64,000 bases of DNA from an uncultured Christensenella sp. (GTDB lineage: Bacteria; Bacillota; Clostridia; Christensenellales; Borkfalkiaceae). Where the stretch lies: contig CAJUCM010000003.1 of NCBI GenBank assembly GCA_910585235.1, positions 15,649-79,648 of the forward strand, given 5' to 3'. The position numbers and the translations under genes were made by a program. Of this stretch, positions 33,791 to 43,960 are shown piece after piece. Numbering within the stretch: the stretch's first letter is position 1; each line of letters opens with the position of its first letter. The notes beneath the pieces were generated by a model, which made no database searches, had not been told where the DNA came from, and saw only the letters and a list, made by a program, of their open reading frames with translations.

Positions 33791-34783
33791 CTATTTTACC
33801 CATTCGGTAAACGCTTTGAACGCCGAGGGGAGCGCGTAACTGTTCATGATCTCTTCCGCCGAAACCCACTCATAGCCTCCGAAAAATTCGCGTGCTTCGA
33901 TCAAATACCCCGTCATGTTCCATTCGATATGCGTAAAGATATGTTTCGCCTTTTTGGTTGCGACGACCTCGCCGAACGAATGTATGTCAACTACTTTTTC
34001 AAAGAACGGAAACTGCCAAAGGTTCGCAAGCAGTCCCTTGTCCTCCCGCTTTTCAAGCGCATACTTTCCCCCGCGTTCCAAAACGCACACCGTAGCGTTT
34101 ACGATCTTACGCGCTTTCTTGTCGTTCCGCACGGGATAGCGCTCCTCTTCGCCCGTAAGGTGCGCCCTGCACAGCCCCGACCACGGGCATACCCCGCACC
34201 AAGGCGCGCCGTTCGGCACGCACACGATCGCGCCGAGCTCCATGAGCGCCTCGCAGAAGTCCCCCGTCTCCTGGGGATACGCGCGCCTCAATACTTCCGT
34301 AAACTTCGTCTTTGTCGCGGGCTCGTCGATATTGCTCCCGTCCGCAAAACAGCGCGTAAGCACTCTCAAAACGTTGCCGTCCACGGCGGGGCAGGGAAGC
34401 CCCAGCGCGATCGAAGAGATCGCGCCCGCCGTATAATCGCCCACGCCGGAAAGGGCGCGGACGCCCTCGTATGTCACGGGGACGCCCTCTTTTGCAATTT
34501 GCTTTGCGCTCTTTAACAGATTTCTCGCGCGGGAATAATAGCCGAGCCCCTCCCACGCTTTCAAGACCTCGTCCTCCTCCGCTAAGGCGAGCGCTCCGAC
34601 CGTCGGAAACCGCTCCATAAAACGGAGATAGTATTCCTTGACCGCCTCGACCCTTGTTTGTTGGAGCATGATCTCGGAGACCCACACACGGTAAAATTCG
34701 CGCTTCTCCCGCCAGGGGAGAACGCGCTTATTTTTACGAAACCATTCCAATAAAAGTTTGACCGCTTCGGGGGAAAGTTCCAT
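33791..34783 (-). CDS. mutY: A/G-specific adenine DNA glycosylase
   Basis: LPWR....YRVWVSEIMLQQTRV, an HhH-GPD region, the 4Fe-4S cluster CxxxxxxCxxCxxxxxC (CVPNGAPWCGVCPWSGLC) and a NUDIX-like C-terminus. Confidence 0.9.
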   Translation of the reverse strand: MELSPEAVKLLLEWFRKNKRVLPWREKREFYRVWVSEIMLQQTRVEAVKEYYLRFMERFPTVGALALAEEDEVLKAWEGLGYYSRARNLLKSAKQIAKEGVPVTYEGVRALSGVGDYTAGAISSIALGLPCPAVDGNVLRVLTRCFADGSNIDEPATKTKFTEVLRRAYPQETGDFCEALMELGAIVCVPNGAPWCGVCPWSGLCRAHLTGEEERYPVRNDKKARKIVNATVCVLERGGKYALEKREDKGLLANLWQFPFFEKVVDIHSFGEVVATKKAKHIFTHIEWNMTGYLIEAREFFGGYEWVSAEEIMNSYALPSAFKAFTEWVK

Positions 34784-36441
34784 TAAAAGAGACCCGTGAT
34801 CTTTCCGTCTTTATCCACGTCGATCTTTTCCGCAGCAGGAACTTTGGGAAGCCCCGGCATGGTCAAAATCGTACCCGTGAGCGCGACGACGAAGCCCGCG
34901 CCCGCGGAAATTCTCGCCTTTTTCACGGTGACCGTAAAGTCCTCCGGCGCGCCTAAAAGTTTGGCGTTGTCCGAGAACGAGTACTGCGTCTTTGCCATGC
35001 AGACGGGCGTCTTTCCGAAGCCCAGCTTTTCGAGCGTTGCGATCTCCTCCTCCGCTTCGGGAGAATAGGCGACGTCCTTTCCGCCGTAAATTTTCGTGAC
35101 GATCGCTTTAATTTTCTCCTTAATGGGCAGTTTTTCGTCGTAGCAGAAGGTGAAATTGCTCTTTTCGTCGCAGAGGCGCACGACCTCTTTGGCAAGCTCC
35201 TCGCCGCCTTTTCCGCCCTCCGCCCAGACGGTGGAAAGCACCGTGTTCACGCCGAGTTCGCGGCACTTTTTGATGACGAGTTCGATCTCCGCATCCGTAT
35301 CGGTGGGGAAGCGGTTGACCGCGACGACCGCGGGAAGCCCGAAAACCTCTTTCATGTTCTTGACGTGGCGCAAAAGGTTAGGCAGTCCCTTTTCGAGCGC
35401 GTCCAAATTCTCCGCGCCGAGCTGGGTCTTGTCGAGTCCGCCGTGCATTTTCAGCGCGCGGACGGTCGCAACGACGACGACCGCAGAGGGTTTCAGCCCT
35501 GCGAATCTGCACTTGATGTCGAGGAACTTTTCCGCGCCCAAGTCCGCGCCGAAGCCCGCTTCGGTGATGACGTAGTCGCCGAGCTTCAACGCCGTCTTGG
35601 TTGCCGCGACGGAGTTACAGCCGTGGGCGATATTCGCAAACGGTCCGCCGTGAACGATCGCGGGCGTGCCTTCGAGCGTCTGAACAAGGTTGGGCTTCAT
35701 CGCGTCTTTGAGGAGCGCGCACATCGCCCCCTCCGCTTTGAGCTGCCCCGCGGTCACCGCCGCGCCCTCTTTCGTATAACCGACGACGATGCGCGCAAGT
35801 CTCGCTTTGAGATCGGTAAGCGAGGTCGCAAGGCACAGAATCGCCATGATCTCGCTCGCAACGGTAATATCGTAGCCGTCGTCGCGCGGAACGCCGTCCT
35901 TAGGTCCGCCCAGACCGTCGCGCACGAAACGGAGCTGGCGATCGTTCATATCCACGCATCTGCGCCAAACGACTTTCTCGATCCCAAGCTCGTTGCCCTG
36001 AAAAATATGATTGTCGATCATGGCGGCGAGCAGATTGTTTGCGGCGCCGATCGCGTGAAAGTCGCCCGTGAAGTGCAAGTTGATGTCCTCCATGGGAATG
36101 ACCTGCGCGTAGCCGCCGCCCGCAGCCCCGCCCTTGATCCCGAACACGGGACCGAGCGACGGCTCGCGGAGCGCAACGACGACTTTTTTGCCGATCCTCT
36201 GCAATCCGTCCGCAAGACCGATCGTCGTGGTCGTCTTGCCCTCTCCCGCGGGCGTGGGGGTGATCGCCGTCACTAATATGAGCTTGGCGTCTTTGCCCTT
36301 GCGCTCCATAATGGTGAGCGGAAGTTTTGCCTTGAATTTTCCGTAGCACTCGATGTCGTCCTCAGTAAGTCCGAGTTTTGCGGCGATCTTAGCGACGTGT
36401 TCGGGGTTGGCTTCCTGTGCAATTTCGATGTCGGTTTTCAT
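34783..36441 (-). CDS. fhs: formate--tetrahydrofolate ligase
   Basis: [15 protein letters not shown]-loop. Full-length match to the FTHFS pattern ([19 protein letters not shown]). Confidence 0.95.
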   Translation of the reverse strand: MKTDIEIAQEANPEHVAKIAAKLGLTEDDIECYGKFKAKLPLTIMERKGKDAKLILVTAITPTPAGEGKTTTTIGLADGLQRIGKKVVVALREPSLGPVFGIKGGAAGGGYAQVIPMEDINLHFTGDFHAIGAANNLLAAMIDNHIFQGNELGIEKVVWRRCVDMNDRQLRFVRDGLGGPKDGVPRDDGYDITVASEIMAILCLATSLTDLKARLARIVVGYTKEGAAVTAGQLKAEGAMCALLKDAMKPNLVQTLEGTPAIVHGGPFANIAHGCNSVAATKTALKLGDYVITEAGFGADLGAEKFLDIKCRFAGLKPSAVVVVATVRALKMHGGLDKTQLGAENLDALEKGLPNLLRHVKNMKEVFGLPAVVAVNRFPTDTDAEIELVIKKCRELGVNTVLSTVWAEGGKGGEELAKEVVRLCDEKSNFTFCYDEKLPIKEKIKAIVTKIYGGKDVAYSPEAEEEIATLEKLGFGKTPVCMAKTQYSFSDNAKLLGAPEDFTVTVKKARISAGAGFVVALTGTILTMPGLPKVPAAEKIDVDKDGKITGLF

Positions 36442-36466
36442 TTTTTATCTCCTTAAATTTTGTTTC

Positions 36467-37219
36467 TTAAAAATCAATTTCGTCCGCGTTGAATACGGGA
36501 CCGTCCTTGCAGACCCTTGCGTGTTCACCCTTCGTCGTGTTGCAGACGCATACGAGGCACGCGCCGATCCCGCAGCCCATGCGCTCTTCCAAAGAGACGT
36601 ATAAAGGCACGCCCTTCCCCGCCGCCGCTTTTTTGAGGGCGCGGAGCATGGGAACGGGTCCGCACGATAAAATCACGTCGGGTCTGGCGTTTCCGAAGTC
36701 GTTCATGAACGCATCGACCGCGGTGCCGTGAAATCCTACGCTCCCGTCGTCCGACGCGATTTTGAGTATATCGCTCCGCTCCATTTCGTACTGCATACAC
36801 AGCGCGTCCTTATTGCGGAACCCCATATAGGACGCAATGAATTTATCCTGATTGTAAGCTCTGATCGCGGAAATGAGCGGAAAAATTCCCACGCCCCCGC
36901 CCACGATCGCAACGCGCTTTTCCTCTTCTTTCACAAAAAAGCCGTTGCCGAGCGGAAGAAGCACGGAAATTTGTTCCCCCTGTTTGTAGCTCTCCGCAAG
37001 AAAGCGCGTGCCCGCGCCTTTCAGACGGTAACAGACGGTGATCCGCTCCCCCTCCGTCTTGCAGATCGCAATGGGACGGCGCAGAGGCATTCCCGCAACC
37101 CCGATCATGCAGAACTGTCCGGGGCGCACTTCGATTTTTTCGCCCGCCGTAAATGTCAGCGAATAAATATCTTCCGCAATGCGGATATTTTCTAAAATAG
37201 TCGCCGTTACTTCCTTCAT
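36467..37219 (-). CDS. pyrK: dihydroorotate dehydrogenase electron-transfer subunit
   Basis: FAD/NAD-binding barrel (RRPIAIC, GGGVGIFPL) and a C-terminal 2Fe-2S motif CGIGACLVCVC. Start set at MKEVTATILE. Confidence 0.85.
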   Translation of the reverse strand: MKEVTATILENIRIAEDIYSLTFTAGEKIEVRPGQFCMIGVAGMPLRRPIAICKTEGERITVCYRLKGAGTRFLAESYKQGEQISVLLPLGNGFFVKEEEKRVAIVGGGVGIFPLISAIRAYNQDKFIASYMGFRNKDALCMQYEMERSDILKIASDDGSVGFHGTAVDAFMNDFGNARPDVILSCGPVPMLRALKKAAAGKGVPLYVSLEERMGCGIGACLVCVCNTTKGEHARVCKDGPVFNADEIDF

Positions 37220-38118
37220 ATGTCCCCCAATACCGAGAGCAAATCTTTCTTCATATCGAGGCACGCTTCCCGCGCAGCCTCGTAATATTTGCCGCCGCGC
37301 TTTTTGTAGGCGCAGAGGATCCCGCGCGAATTGTTGACGACGCCGCCTAAGCCGTTCCGATCGAAACAGTTTTTGAGCATTTCGGCATTCGCGCCCTGCG
37401 CGCCGTAGCCGGGGACTAAAAAGAACGTGTGCGGCAACCGCTCGCGCAGGACTTTCGCCTCTTCGGGATAGGTCGCCCCGACAACCGCGCCGACCGCGGA
37501 ATAGCCGTATTTGCCGACCGTGCCTTTGCCCCACTCTTCCACCATGTCGCCCATGCACTCGTAAACCGTTCTGCCGTCTTGGAGTTTCAGATTCTGCAAT
37601 TCGCCCGACGAGGGATTGCTCGTTTTAACGAGTACGAAAATTCCCTTGTCATGCGCTTTACACTCCTCCGTAAAGGGGACGATCCCGTCCGAACCCAAAT
37701 AGCCGTTGACCGTTAAAAAGTCGCTTTCAAACGCCGTTTCCTCAAAGTCGTTCACCGTTGTTTTGCCGAGGAACGCCGCCGCGTAACGGGAAGCGGTCGC
37801 GCCGATGTCGTTGCGCTTTGCGTCTGTAATGACGATAAGCCCTTTCTTTTTCGCATAAGCCAAGGTCTTTGCAAACGCCTTTAACCCCGCCCTGCCGTAC
37901 TGCTCATAATAGGCGATCTGCACCTTCACGCTCGGCACGACGTCGCAAACGGAATCAATGATATTCTTGTTAAATTCAAGGATCGCGCCCGCCGCGTCCT
38001 TAAAGTCTTTCACGCCCTTTTTCATGTCGTCGGGCAGATAGTCGAAGGACGTATCGAGCCCTACGCAGGTCGGGTTTTGTTTTTCGATAATTTTTTCAAT
38101 GAGCGTATCGGTGATCAT
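37216..38118 (-). CDS. pyrF: orotidine 5'-phosphate decarboxylase (long type 2 form)
   Basis: CVGLD...DAKRNDIG...LVPGYGAQG motifs. Confidence 0.88.
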   Translation of the reverse strand: MITDTLIEKIIEKQNPTCVGLDTSFDYLPDDMKKGVKDFKDAAGAILEFNKNIIDSVCDVVPSVKVQIAYYEQYGRAGLKAFAKTLAYAKKKGLIVITDAKRNDIGATASRYAAAFLGKTTVNDFEETAFESDFLTVNGYLGSDGIVPFTEECKAHDKGIFVLVKTSNPSSGELQNLKLQDGRTVYECMGDMVEEWGKGTVGKYGYSAVGAVVGATYPEEAKVLRERLPHTFFLVPGYGAQGANAEMLKNCFDRNGLGGVVNNSRGILCAYKKRGGKYYEAAREACLDMKKDLLSVLGDI

Positions 38119-39372
38119 TTATTTCTCCTCGTATTTGATTTCGCCGTCCACGACGGTGTATTTGACTTTGCCGAACACCTTTCTTCCCGCGAACGGGGTG
38201 TTCTTCCCTTTCGAGAGGAAGTCTTTGGGATCGATCGTCCATTCCTCGTTGAGATCGACCGCAGTAAAGTCCGCACGTTCCCCGACTTTGAGTCCGCCGC
38301 CTAAATTCAAAATTTTGCGGGGCGCAAGGCTTATCTTTTCCGCAAGCTCGTTTAAGCTGAGAACGCCGCCCTTGACGAGCGCGGTATAGGAGAGCGCGAA
38401 CGAAGTTTCAAGCCCGCTCATGCCGAACGCCGCATAGTTGTATTCGACGTTCTTGTCGTCCGCATGATGCGGCGCGTGATCGGTGACGATACAGTCGAGC
38501 GTGCCGTCCTTCAAGCCCGCGATGATCGCAAGCCTGTCCTTTTCGGCGCGCAGAGGGGGATTGACTTTGGTGTTCGTATCGAAGTCCTTGATCGCCTCGT
38601 CCGTCAGCGTGAAGTAGTGCGGGCAGGTCTCCGCCGTCACCTGAACGCCGCGCGCTTTCGCTTCGCGGATGAGCTGAACGCCGCTGTAAGTCGAGACGTG
38701 GCAGATATGCACGGGAAGCGACAAACTCTCCGCAAGGCAGATCTCCCGCGCGATCATAATATCTTCCGCCGCGCGGATGCTTCCTTTGAGCCCCGTCAGC
38801 GTGGAATAGTATCCCTCGTTCACGACGCCCCCATCTACAAGCGACTTGTCCTCGCAGTGGCACAGGCACTTCAACCCGAAGTCCGAAGCGTACATCATGG
38901 CGTTCGCCATAATGGAGGTGTTTATCACGCTCACGCCGTCGTCCGAGAGGGCGATTGCGCCCGCCGATTTCATACCGCCGATCGCGGCGAGATTTTCGCC
39001 CTTCTCCCCCTCGGTGATCGCGCCGATCGGGCGCACCTTGCAAAGGTTTACTTCTTTGGCACGGTTGACGATGTAGGAGACGACGACTTTATTATCGCAC
39101 ACGGGGCGCGTGTTGGGCATACAACAGATTTCCGTAAATCCGCCCTTGACGGCGGCTTTCGAGCCTGATTCGACGTCCTCTTTTTTCTCGAAACCCGGCT
39201 CGCGCAGATGAACGTGCATATCCACAAGCCCCGGAAAAACGGTCAACCCTTTCAGGTCGATCCCCTCGCCTTTGATCGAAGGAGCGATCTCTTTGATACA
39301 GCCGTTCTCTACGAGAATATCGACCTTTTTAACGCCGTCCTCAAATACGGCTTCCGCATTCCTGAATAACAT
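38119..39372 (-). CDS. pyrC: dihydroorotase
   Basis: VDMHVHLREPG and the DHAPH motif. Size and position fit a pyr operon. Confidence 0.9.
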   Translation of the reverse strand: MLFRNAEAVFEDGVKKVDILVENGCIKEIAPSIKGEGIDLKGLTVFPGLVDMHVHLREPGFEKKEDVESGSKAAVKGGFTEICCMPNTRPVCDNKVVVSYIVNRAKEVNLCKVRPIGAITEGEKGENLAAIGGMKSAGAIALSDDGVSVINTSIMANAMMYASDFGLKCLCHCEDKSLVDGGVVNEGYYSTLTGLKGSIRAAEDIMIAREICLAESLSLPVHICHVSTYSGVQLIREAKARGVQVTAETCPHYFTLTDEAIKDFDTNTKVNPPLRAEKDRLAIIAGLKDGTLDCIVTDHAPHHADDKNVEYNYAAFGMSGLETSFALSYTALVKGGVLSLNELAEKISLAPRKILNLGGGLKVGERADFTAVDLNEEWTIDPKDFLSKGKNTPFAGRKVFGKVKYTVVDGEIKYEEK

Positions 39373-39381
39373 ATCTCCTCC

Positions 39382-40290
39382 TTATTGAACGAGCGCTTTG
39401 AACACCGCCATTCTGACGGCAAGTCCCGAAAAGACCTGATCTTCGATTTTACTCTGCTCCCCGTCGATGACCGAGGAAGTGAGCTCCACGCCGCGGTTGA
39501 CGGGCGCGGGGTGCATGACGATCGCGTTTTTATCCGCATAGCGCAGAATTTCGTCGTTCACGCCGTAGTATTTTGCATATTCGCCGAGCGAGGGAAAGTT
39601 CCCCGCGTGCTGGCGTTCGAGCTGAATCCTCAGCCCCATAACGACGTCTGCTCCCTCGACCGCCTCCTCGCGGGAGGAACAGACCTTTGCGCCCATTTGA
39701 CCGATGTCCGTCGGCATGAGCGTGCGGGGCGCATAGAGCCGTACTTCCGAGCCGAGTTTTTTCAGTCCGAAGAGATTGCTTTTGGCGACGCGCGAGTGCG
39801 AAATATCGCCGAGGATCGCAACTTTCAGTCCGTCCAATCTTCCGAAATGCTCTTTCATGGTGAGAAAGTCCAGGAGCGCCTGCGTGGGGTGTTCGTTCAT
39901 GCCGTCGCCCGCGTTGATGACGTGCGCCCTGACCGTTTTTGCAAGCAGACGCGGCGCGCCCGCGACGGGGTGGCGCAGAACCATGAAATCGTTCTGTTGC
40001 GCGTCGAGCGTCTTGCCCGTGTCGATGAGCGTCTCCCCTTTCTGCACGGAGGAATTGCCTACGCCGAGGTTGATAACGTTCGCCCCCAAATTCTTTGCGG
40101 CGAGGTCGAAGCTGCACCGCGTGCGCGTGGAATTTTCATAGAAGAGGGTGACTGCGGATTTTCCCGCAAGATCGGAAAACTGTTTTTCCCCTTTCTTCAA
40201 GCGCGCCTTGATTTTTGCGCCGTCATCGACGAGGGACAAGATCTCCTCCGCCGTCAGGTCGATAAGACCCAGCAAGTCCTTACGTTTCAT
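39382..40290 (-). CDS. pyrB: aspartate carbamoyltransferase catalytic subunit
   Basis: STRTRCSF, HPTQALLD and HPAPVNRG motifs. Confidence 0.93.
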   Translation of the reverse strand: MKRKDLLGLIDLTAEEILSLVDDGAKIKARLKKGEKQFSDLAGKSAVTLFYENSTRTRCSFDLAAKNLGANVINLGVGNSSVQKGETLIDTGKTLDAQQNDFMVLRHPVAGAPRLLAKTVRAHVINAGDGMNEHPTQALLDFLTMKEHFGRLDGLKVAILGDISHSRVAKSNLFGLKKLGSEVRLYAPRTLMPTDIGQMGAKVCSSREEAVEGADVVMGLRIQLERQHAGNFPSLGEYAKYYGVNDEILRYADKNAIVMHPAPVNRGVELTSSVIDGEQSKIEDQVFSGLAVRMAVFKALVQ

Positions 40291-40780
40291 TTTTTCTCCT
40301 TATGATCGAGAAGCAATCGGGAGCGCCAAGCTCTTCAAAGCTCACCTCGATATATTCGTCTTTGGACGCGGGCGCGTTTTTCCCCACAAAGTCGGCGCGC
40401 ACGGGAAGTTCCCTGCCCCCTCTGTCCACGAGGACGAGAAGCTGTATCTTTTTGGGATTTCCGAGGCGGAAGAGCGCGTCCACGCTTTTGACCGTACTCT
40501 TGCCCGTATAGAGCACGTCGTCGCATAAAACGACGGTTTTTCCGTCGATCGAAAAACCGAGCTCGTTATTTCCCGCGTCGGGATCCAGCCCTGCCAGAGG
40601 AAGGGTAAACCCCTCCGTATCGCGGATATAGTCGCGGATACGCCCCGCGACGATCCCCCCGTTCTTTTTTACGCCGACGAGCACGATATTGGAATAGCCC
40701 TTGTTCCTTTCCCCGATCTCGTGCGATAAGCGTATCACCGTGCGGTGAAGCCCCGTCGCGTCCATTAAAGTTGCGCCCAT
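40280..40780 (-). CDS. pyrR: bifunctional pyr operon regulator / uracil phosphoribosyltransferase PyrR
   Basis: PRTase motif VVLCDDVLYTGKS and VDRGGRELP. First gene of the pyr operon. Start set at MGATLMD. Confidence 0.88.
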   Translation of the reverse strand: MGATLMDATGLHRTVIRLSHEIGERNKGYSNIVLVGVKKNGGIVAGRIRDYIRDTEGFTLPLAGLDPDAGNNELGFSIDGKTVVLCDDVLYTGKSTVKSVDALFRLGNPKKIQLLVLVDRGGRELPVRADFVGKNAPASKDEYIEVSFEELGAPDCFSIIRRKNET

Positions 40781-40825
40781 ATTTCCCCCTTCGATCCGTT
40801 GTTCGGATCTCTGTTTTTTCCGTAC

Positions 40826-40935
40826 AAAAAAAGAGTCTTGCGCACCGCAAGACCCCGGAACAGTTTCATCCTGCAAACAGTTTCTTTCGTCGGCATCACG
40901 GTACCGCCTTATCTGAAAGAATTGTATCATATCCG
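40826..40935 (-). promoter_or_regulatory. pyr leader with attenuator terminator (probable PyrR-binding leader)
   Basis: Minus strand reads GTCTTGCG-GTG-CGCAAGAC followed by TCTTTTTTT (40826-40853), preceded by CUUUCAGAUAAGGCGG, which resembles the PyrR binding-loop consensus (UCCAGAGAGGCU). Confidence 0.55.
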
Positions 40936-40954
40936 CGCCGTTCTGTCAACGGTT

Positions 40955-41644
40955 TTATCCGATTTGCACGAGCTGAAAGCGAAGTTTATCGCAGGAGGTA
41001 AGGTAGTATTCGATCCCGTTCTTCTCCGATTTCAGCGGATAGTACCCCGCCCCGTGCAGATGCCCGAACACAACCTTTGAAACCCCCTTCTCCTCGAAGA
41101 GATCGGTGAAGAGCGTATCCTCTTTTTTAATGCCCGTGGGGGGATAGTGCATGAGAACGATCAGCTCGTCCCCCTCGGCAAGAATTTTTTCCGCATCTTT
41201 GAACGCAAGGCGGAACCGCTCCGCTTCGCGCAGATACAGCGTCATATCGTGTTCGGAGAAGTCCGCGCTTCCGGGGCACGCCCATCCGCGGGAACCCGCG
41301 ATCACATATTTCCCGATCTTTACGCAGTCGTTCTGCAAAAACGTACAGTCGGGCGCGCCCGCTCTGACGCGGGAGATCCCGTTCCACCAATAGTCGTGAT
41401 TCCCCCGAACGAACACTTTGCGCCCTTTGAGCGCGGAGACCGCGCGCACGTCGAACAGCCCCTCTTCGATTTTCATTCCCCAGGAAGTATCTCCGCCGAT
41501 AAGAACAACGTCGTCGTCATCGACTTTTTCCTGCCAGTCGGCTTTGATTTTATCGAAATGCCCTTCCCAGCCGGGACCGAACATATCCATCGGTTTATCC
41601 GCCAGCCCGGAAAGGTGAAGATCGCTTATCGCAAACAGTTTCAT
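40955..41644 (-). CDS. calcineurin-like metallophosphoesterase
   Basis: MKLFAISDLHLSG, GGDTSWG, RGNHDYWW and GHLHG motifs. Confidence 0.85.
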   Translation of the reverse strand: MKLFAISDLHLSGLADKPMDMFGPGWEGHFDKIKADWQEKVDDDDVVLIGGDTSWGMKIEEGLFDVRAVSALKGRKVFVRGNHDYWWNGISRVRAGAPDCTFLQNDCVKIGKYVIAGSRGWACPGSADFSEHDMTLYLREAERFRLAFKDAEKILAEGDELIVLMHYPPTGIKKEDTLFTDLFEEKGVSKVVFGHLHGAGYYPLKSEKNGIEYYLTSCDKLRFQLVQIG

Positions 41645-41792
41645 AAAAAAATTATAACACGCCAAAGGGCAGAAGTCAATCGATTCAAAGCGCCGCCGTT
41701 CAGGGCACACGCGCCCGCCCCGAATCAAAAATTATTTGTCAATTTTCGGTCAAACCGTTTACTTTTTATCTTTGATATGTTACAATGAACGT

Positions 41793-41980
41793 GCGACAAT
41801 ACTCAATTTTTTTCCGAAACCCTGCGTTTTGGTTTTTTTTGCGTATGCAATGGGATAATATCGGTAGTTTATACGGTATCGCACCCATTACAGCATTAAA
41901 CGCAGGTAATGATTGAGTAGTGTCGCAACTATGCGAGAGGTATAGGCTATATGCCGTCTCGCATGGGACGGCATTTTTTT
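41793..41980 (+). promoter_or_regulatory. structured 5' leader: nested helices plus terminator/antiterminator, same design as 28018-28166
   Basis: Weak promoter TTTACT-17-TACAAT (41758-41786). P1 41793-41807/41912-41926 (15 bp, one mismatch). P2 41821-41829/41898-41906 (9 bp). P3 ~41846-41854/41884-41892. Terminator 41951-41958/41967-41974 plus U6. Antiterminator 41929-41938 with 41957-41966. Confidence 0.6.
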
Positions 41981-41999
41981 ATTTTAGGAGGGTTTCAGA

Positions 42000-43904
42000 A
42001 TGAAACGCAAAATCTATCTCACTCTACTTGCACTGATCTGTGCGCTCTGCTGTGCTTTCGCTTTGATCGCCTGCGGCGATGAAAACGACGGTAACAACGG
42101 CGACGGCGGCGAAACGACGGTCTATGAAAAAACGTCGATCGCGCACACGCCGCAGGGCGGGAGCGCGGCGGCGCATAACTGGGATCGGCAAAACCGGTGT
42201 TCCGTATGCGGATACGAACTCGAAGTCACCGACGGTCTTGTGTACACCGAGACGGAGGGCGGATATTCCGTCGCGCTCGGAACAATGGACGGAGAGAACT
42301 TTACGGGCGCGGACGGCATTGAAAACGCAGAAGAAATCGTGATCCCCGCATACTACAACGATCAACCCGTAGTACATATCGGCGACTATAATACGAACTG
42401 TTTCTGGGCGGGTTCTTTCAAGACGCTCACCGTTCCCAATACGATACGTTCGGCGGACGATTATGCTTTTTATTACTGCGGAAATCTGGAAACGGTATAT
42501 TTGGGCTGCAACGTTTTTAACGGAATGTTTTACGAAGTCAGAACGCTGAAAAACGTCTATCTGTCGCCCGACATTACTAAAATCGGCGAGGGCGCGTTCA
42601 AGTCCTGTTCTTCGCTGGAAAGCGCGATCATTCCGGACAGCGTCACCGAACTTAGCAAAGAAGCCTACTATTATTGCTTCGCCGTAACAGAATTGAAGAT
42701 CGGCGCAGGCGTTACGGCAATTCCCGAAAACGCGTTTACGTCCTTACGGCACATTACGCGCGTAGAAATTCCCGCGGGCATACGCTCCGTCGGCAAAAAC
42801 GCGTTTGCGCAATGCTACAAACTGGTGGAGATATACAATCTTTCATCGGTGGAAATCGCAATCGGCGACGAAAGCGCGGACGGGTGCAAAGCGGGCGACT
42901 ATGCGCTGAATATTTTTACCGCAACTTCGGGCGCCGCCGGAACGTTCTTTGAAGAGAACGGATTTGAATTTTACAGGATCGCCGACGACGTGAGCCTGAT
43001 CGGTTACAGCGGTTCCGAAGAAATAACCGCTCTGCCCGCAAGCGTAAACGGCGGGAATTACAAAATCCACGCGCACGCGCTTGCCCATGCGCCCGTCACC
43101 GATCTGGAAATCGGCGCAGGGGTCACCGAAATCGGGCAGTACGCTTTTTCGGGCTCGGAAACTTTGCAATCCGTTAAAATCGGCGACAGCGTTACCGAGA
43201 TTCCCGCCGGCGCGTTTTCAGGGTGTCCGTCGCTCAATTCCGTAGAGCTCGGCAAAAAAGTGCAGACGGTGAATTCTTCCGCCTTTTTGAATTGCGGTTC
43301 GTTATTCGAGATAGGCAACTTTTCCGAGACGCTCGAAGTAACGGGTAAAATCGGCGGTATGCCGAATATGCCGTTGAATATTTACACTGCGCCCGAAGGA
43401 AAAGGCCGTTTTGCAACGGTCGGAGAATTCGTATTTTATTCGTTCGGCGACAGAAATCTGCTTTGCAAATACAACGGCGAAGCTACCGCGCTGACCTTAC
43501 CTGCGGATTTTAAGGGAGGAACATACGAAATTGCGCCGGCAACTTTCAAAAATTCTTCGCTCGAATCCGTCACGATCGGCAACGGCGTTACGGAGATCGG
43601 AGAACAGGCTTTTTATTACTGTTCCAAACTCACGCAGGTGACGCTTGGCAATTCGCTTGTCACGATCGGAAATTCCGCCTTCTTCGGATGCACAAGTCTG
43701 GAAAGCATTACCGTTCCCAAGAGCGTCACTTCCATCAAAACAAAAGCGTTTTACGGGAGCGGGCTGAAAACCGCGATTCTTGAAACCCCCACGGGTTGGA
43801 AAAAAAACGGCACCGCAACGGCAGTCGATTTTTCCGACGCGACGAAAGCCGCGACCACGCTTACAAATTCCGCCGCCCGCAACACGTATTGGACAAGAGG
43901 TTAA
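42000..43904 (+). CDS. BspA-type leucine-rich-repeat surface lipoprotein
   Basis: Signal plus lipobox (CAFALIAC), then many IxxxAFxxCxxLxxVxIPxxVTxI repeats. SD AGGAGG. Confidence 0.85.
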   Translation: MKRKIYLTLLALICALCCAFALIACGDENDGNNGDGGETTVYEKTSIAHTPQGGSAAAHNWDRQNRCSVCGYELEVTDGLVYTETEGGYSVALGTMDGENFTGADGIENAEEIVIPAYYNDQPVVHIGDYNTNCFWAGSFKTLTVPNTIRSADDYAFYYCGNLETVYLGCNVFNGMFYEVRTLKNVYLSPDITKIGEGAFKSCSSLESAIIPDSVTELSKEAYYYCFAVTELKIGAGVTAIPENAFTSLRHITRVEIPAGIRSVGKNAFAQCYKLVEIYNLSSVEIAIGDESADGCKAGDYALNIFTATSGAAGTFFEENGFEFYRIADDVSLIGYSGSEEITALPASVNGGNYKIHAHALAHAPVTDLEIGAGVTEIGQYAFSGSETLQSVKIGDSVTEIPAGAFSGCPSLNSVELGKKVQTVNSSAFLNCGSLFEIGNFSETLEVTGKIGGMPNMPLNIYTAPEGKGRFATVGEFVFYSFGDRNLLCKYNGEATALTLPADFKGGTYEIAPATFKNSSLESVTIGNGVTEIGEQAFYYCSKLTQVTLGNSLVTIGNSAFFGCTSLESITVPKSVTSIKTKAFYGSGLKTAILETPTGWKKNGTATAVDFSDATKAATTLTNSAARNTYWTRG

Positions 43905-43910
43905 AATAGC

Positions 43911-43948
43911 AAAATAAAATGCGCCCGACGATCGGGCGCATTTTTTTG
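43911..43948. terminator. bidirectional rho-independent terminator
   Basis: A-rich run, ATGCGCCCG-ACGAT-CGGGCGCAT, T7. Separates the LRR gene (+) from the seven-gene operon (-). Confidence 0.85.
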
Positions 43949-43960
43949 TTTGGATTTTTG

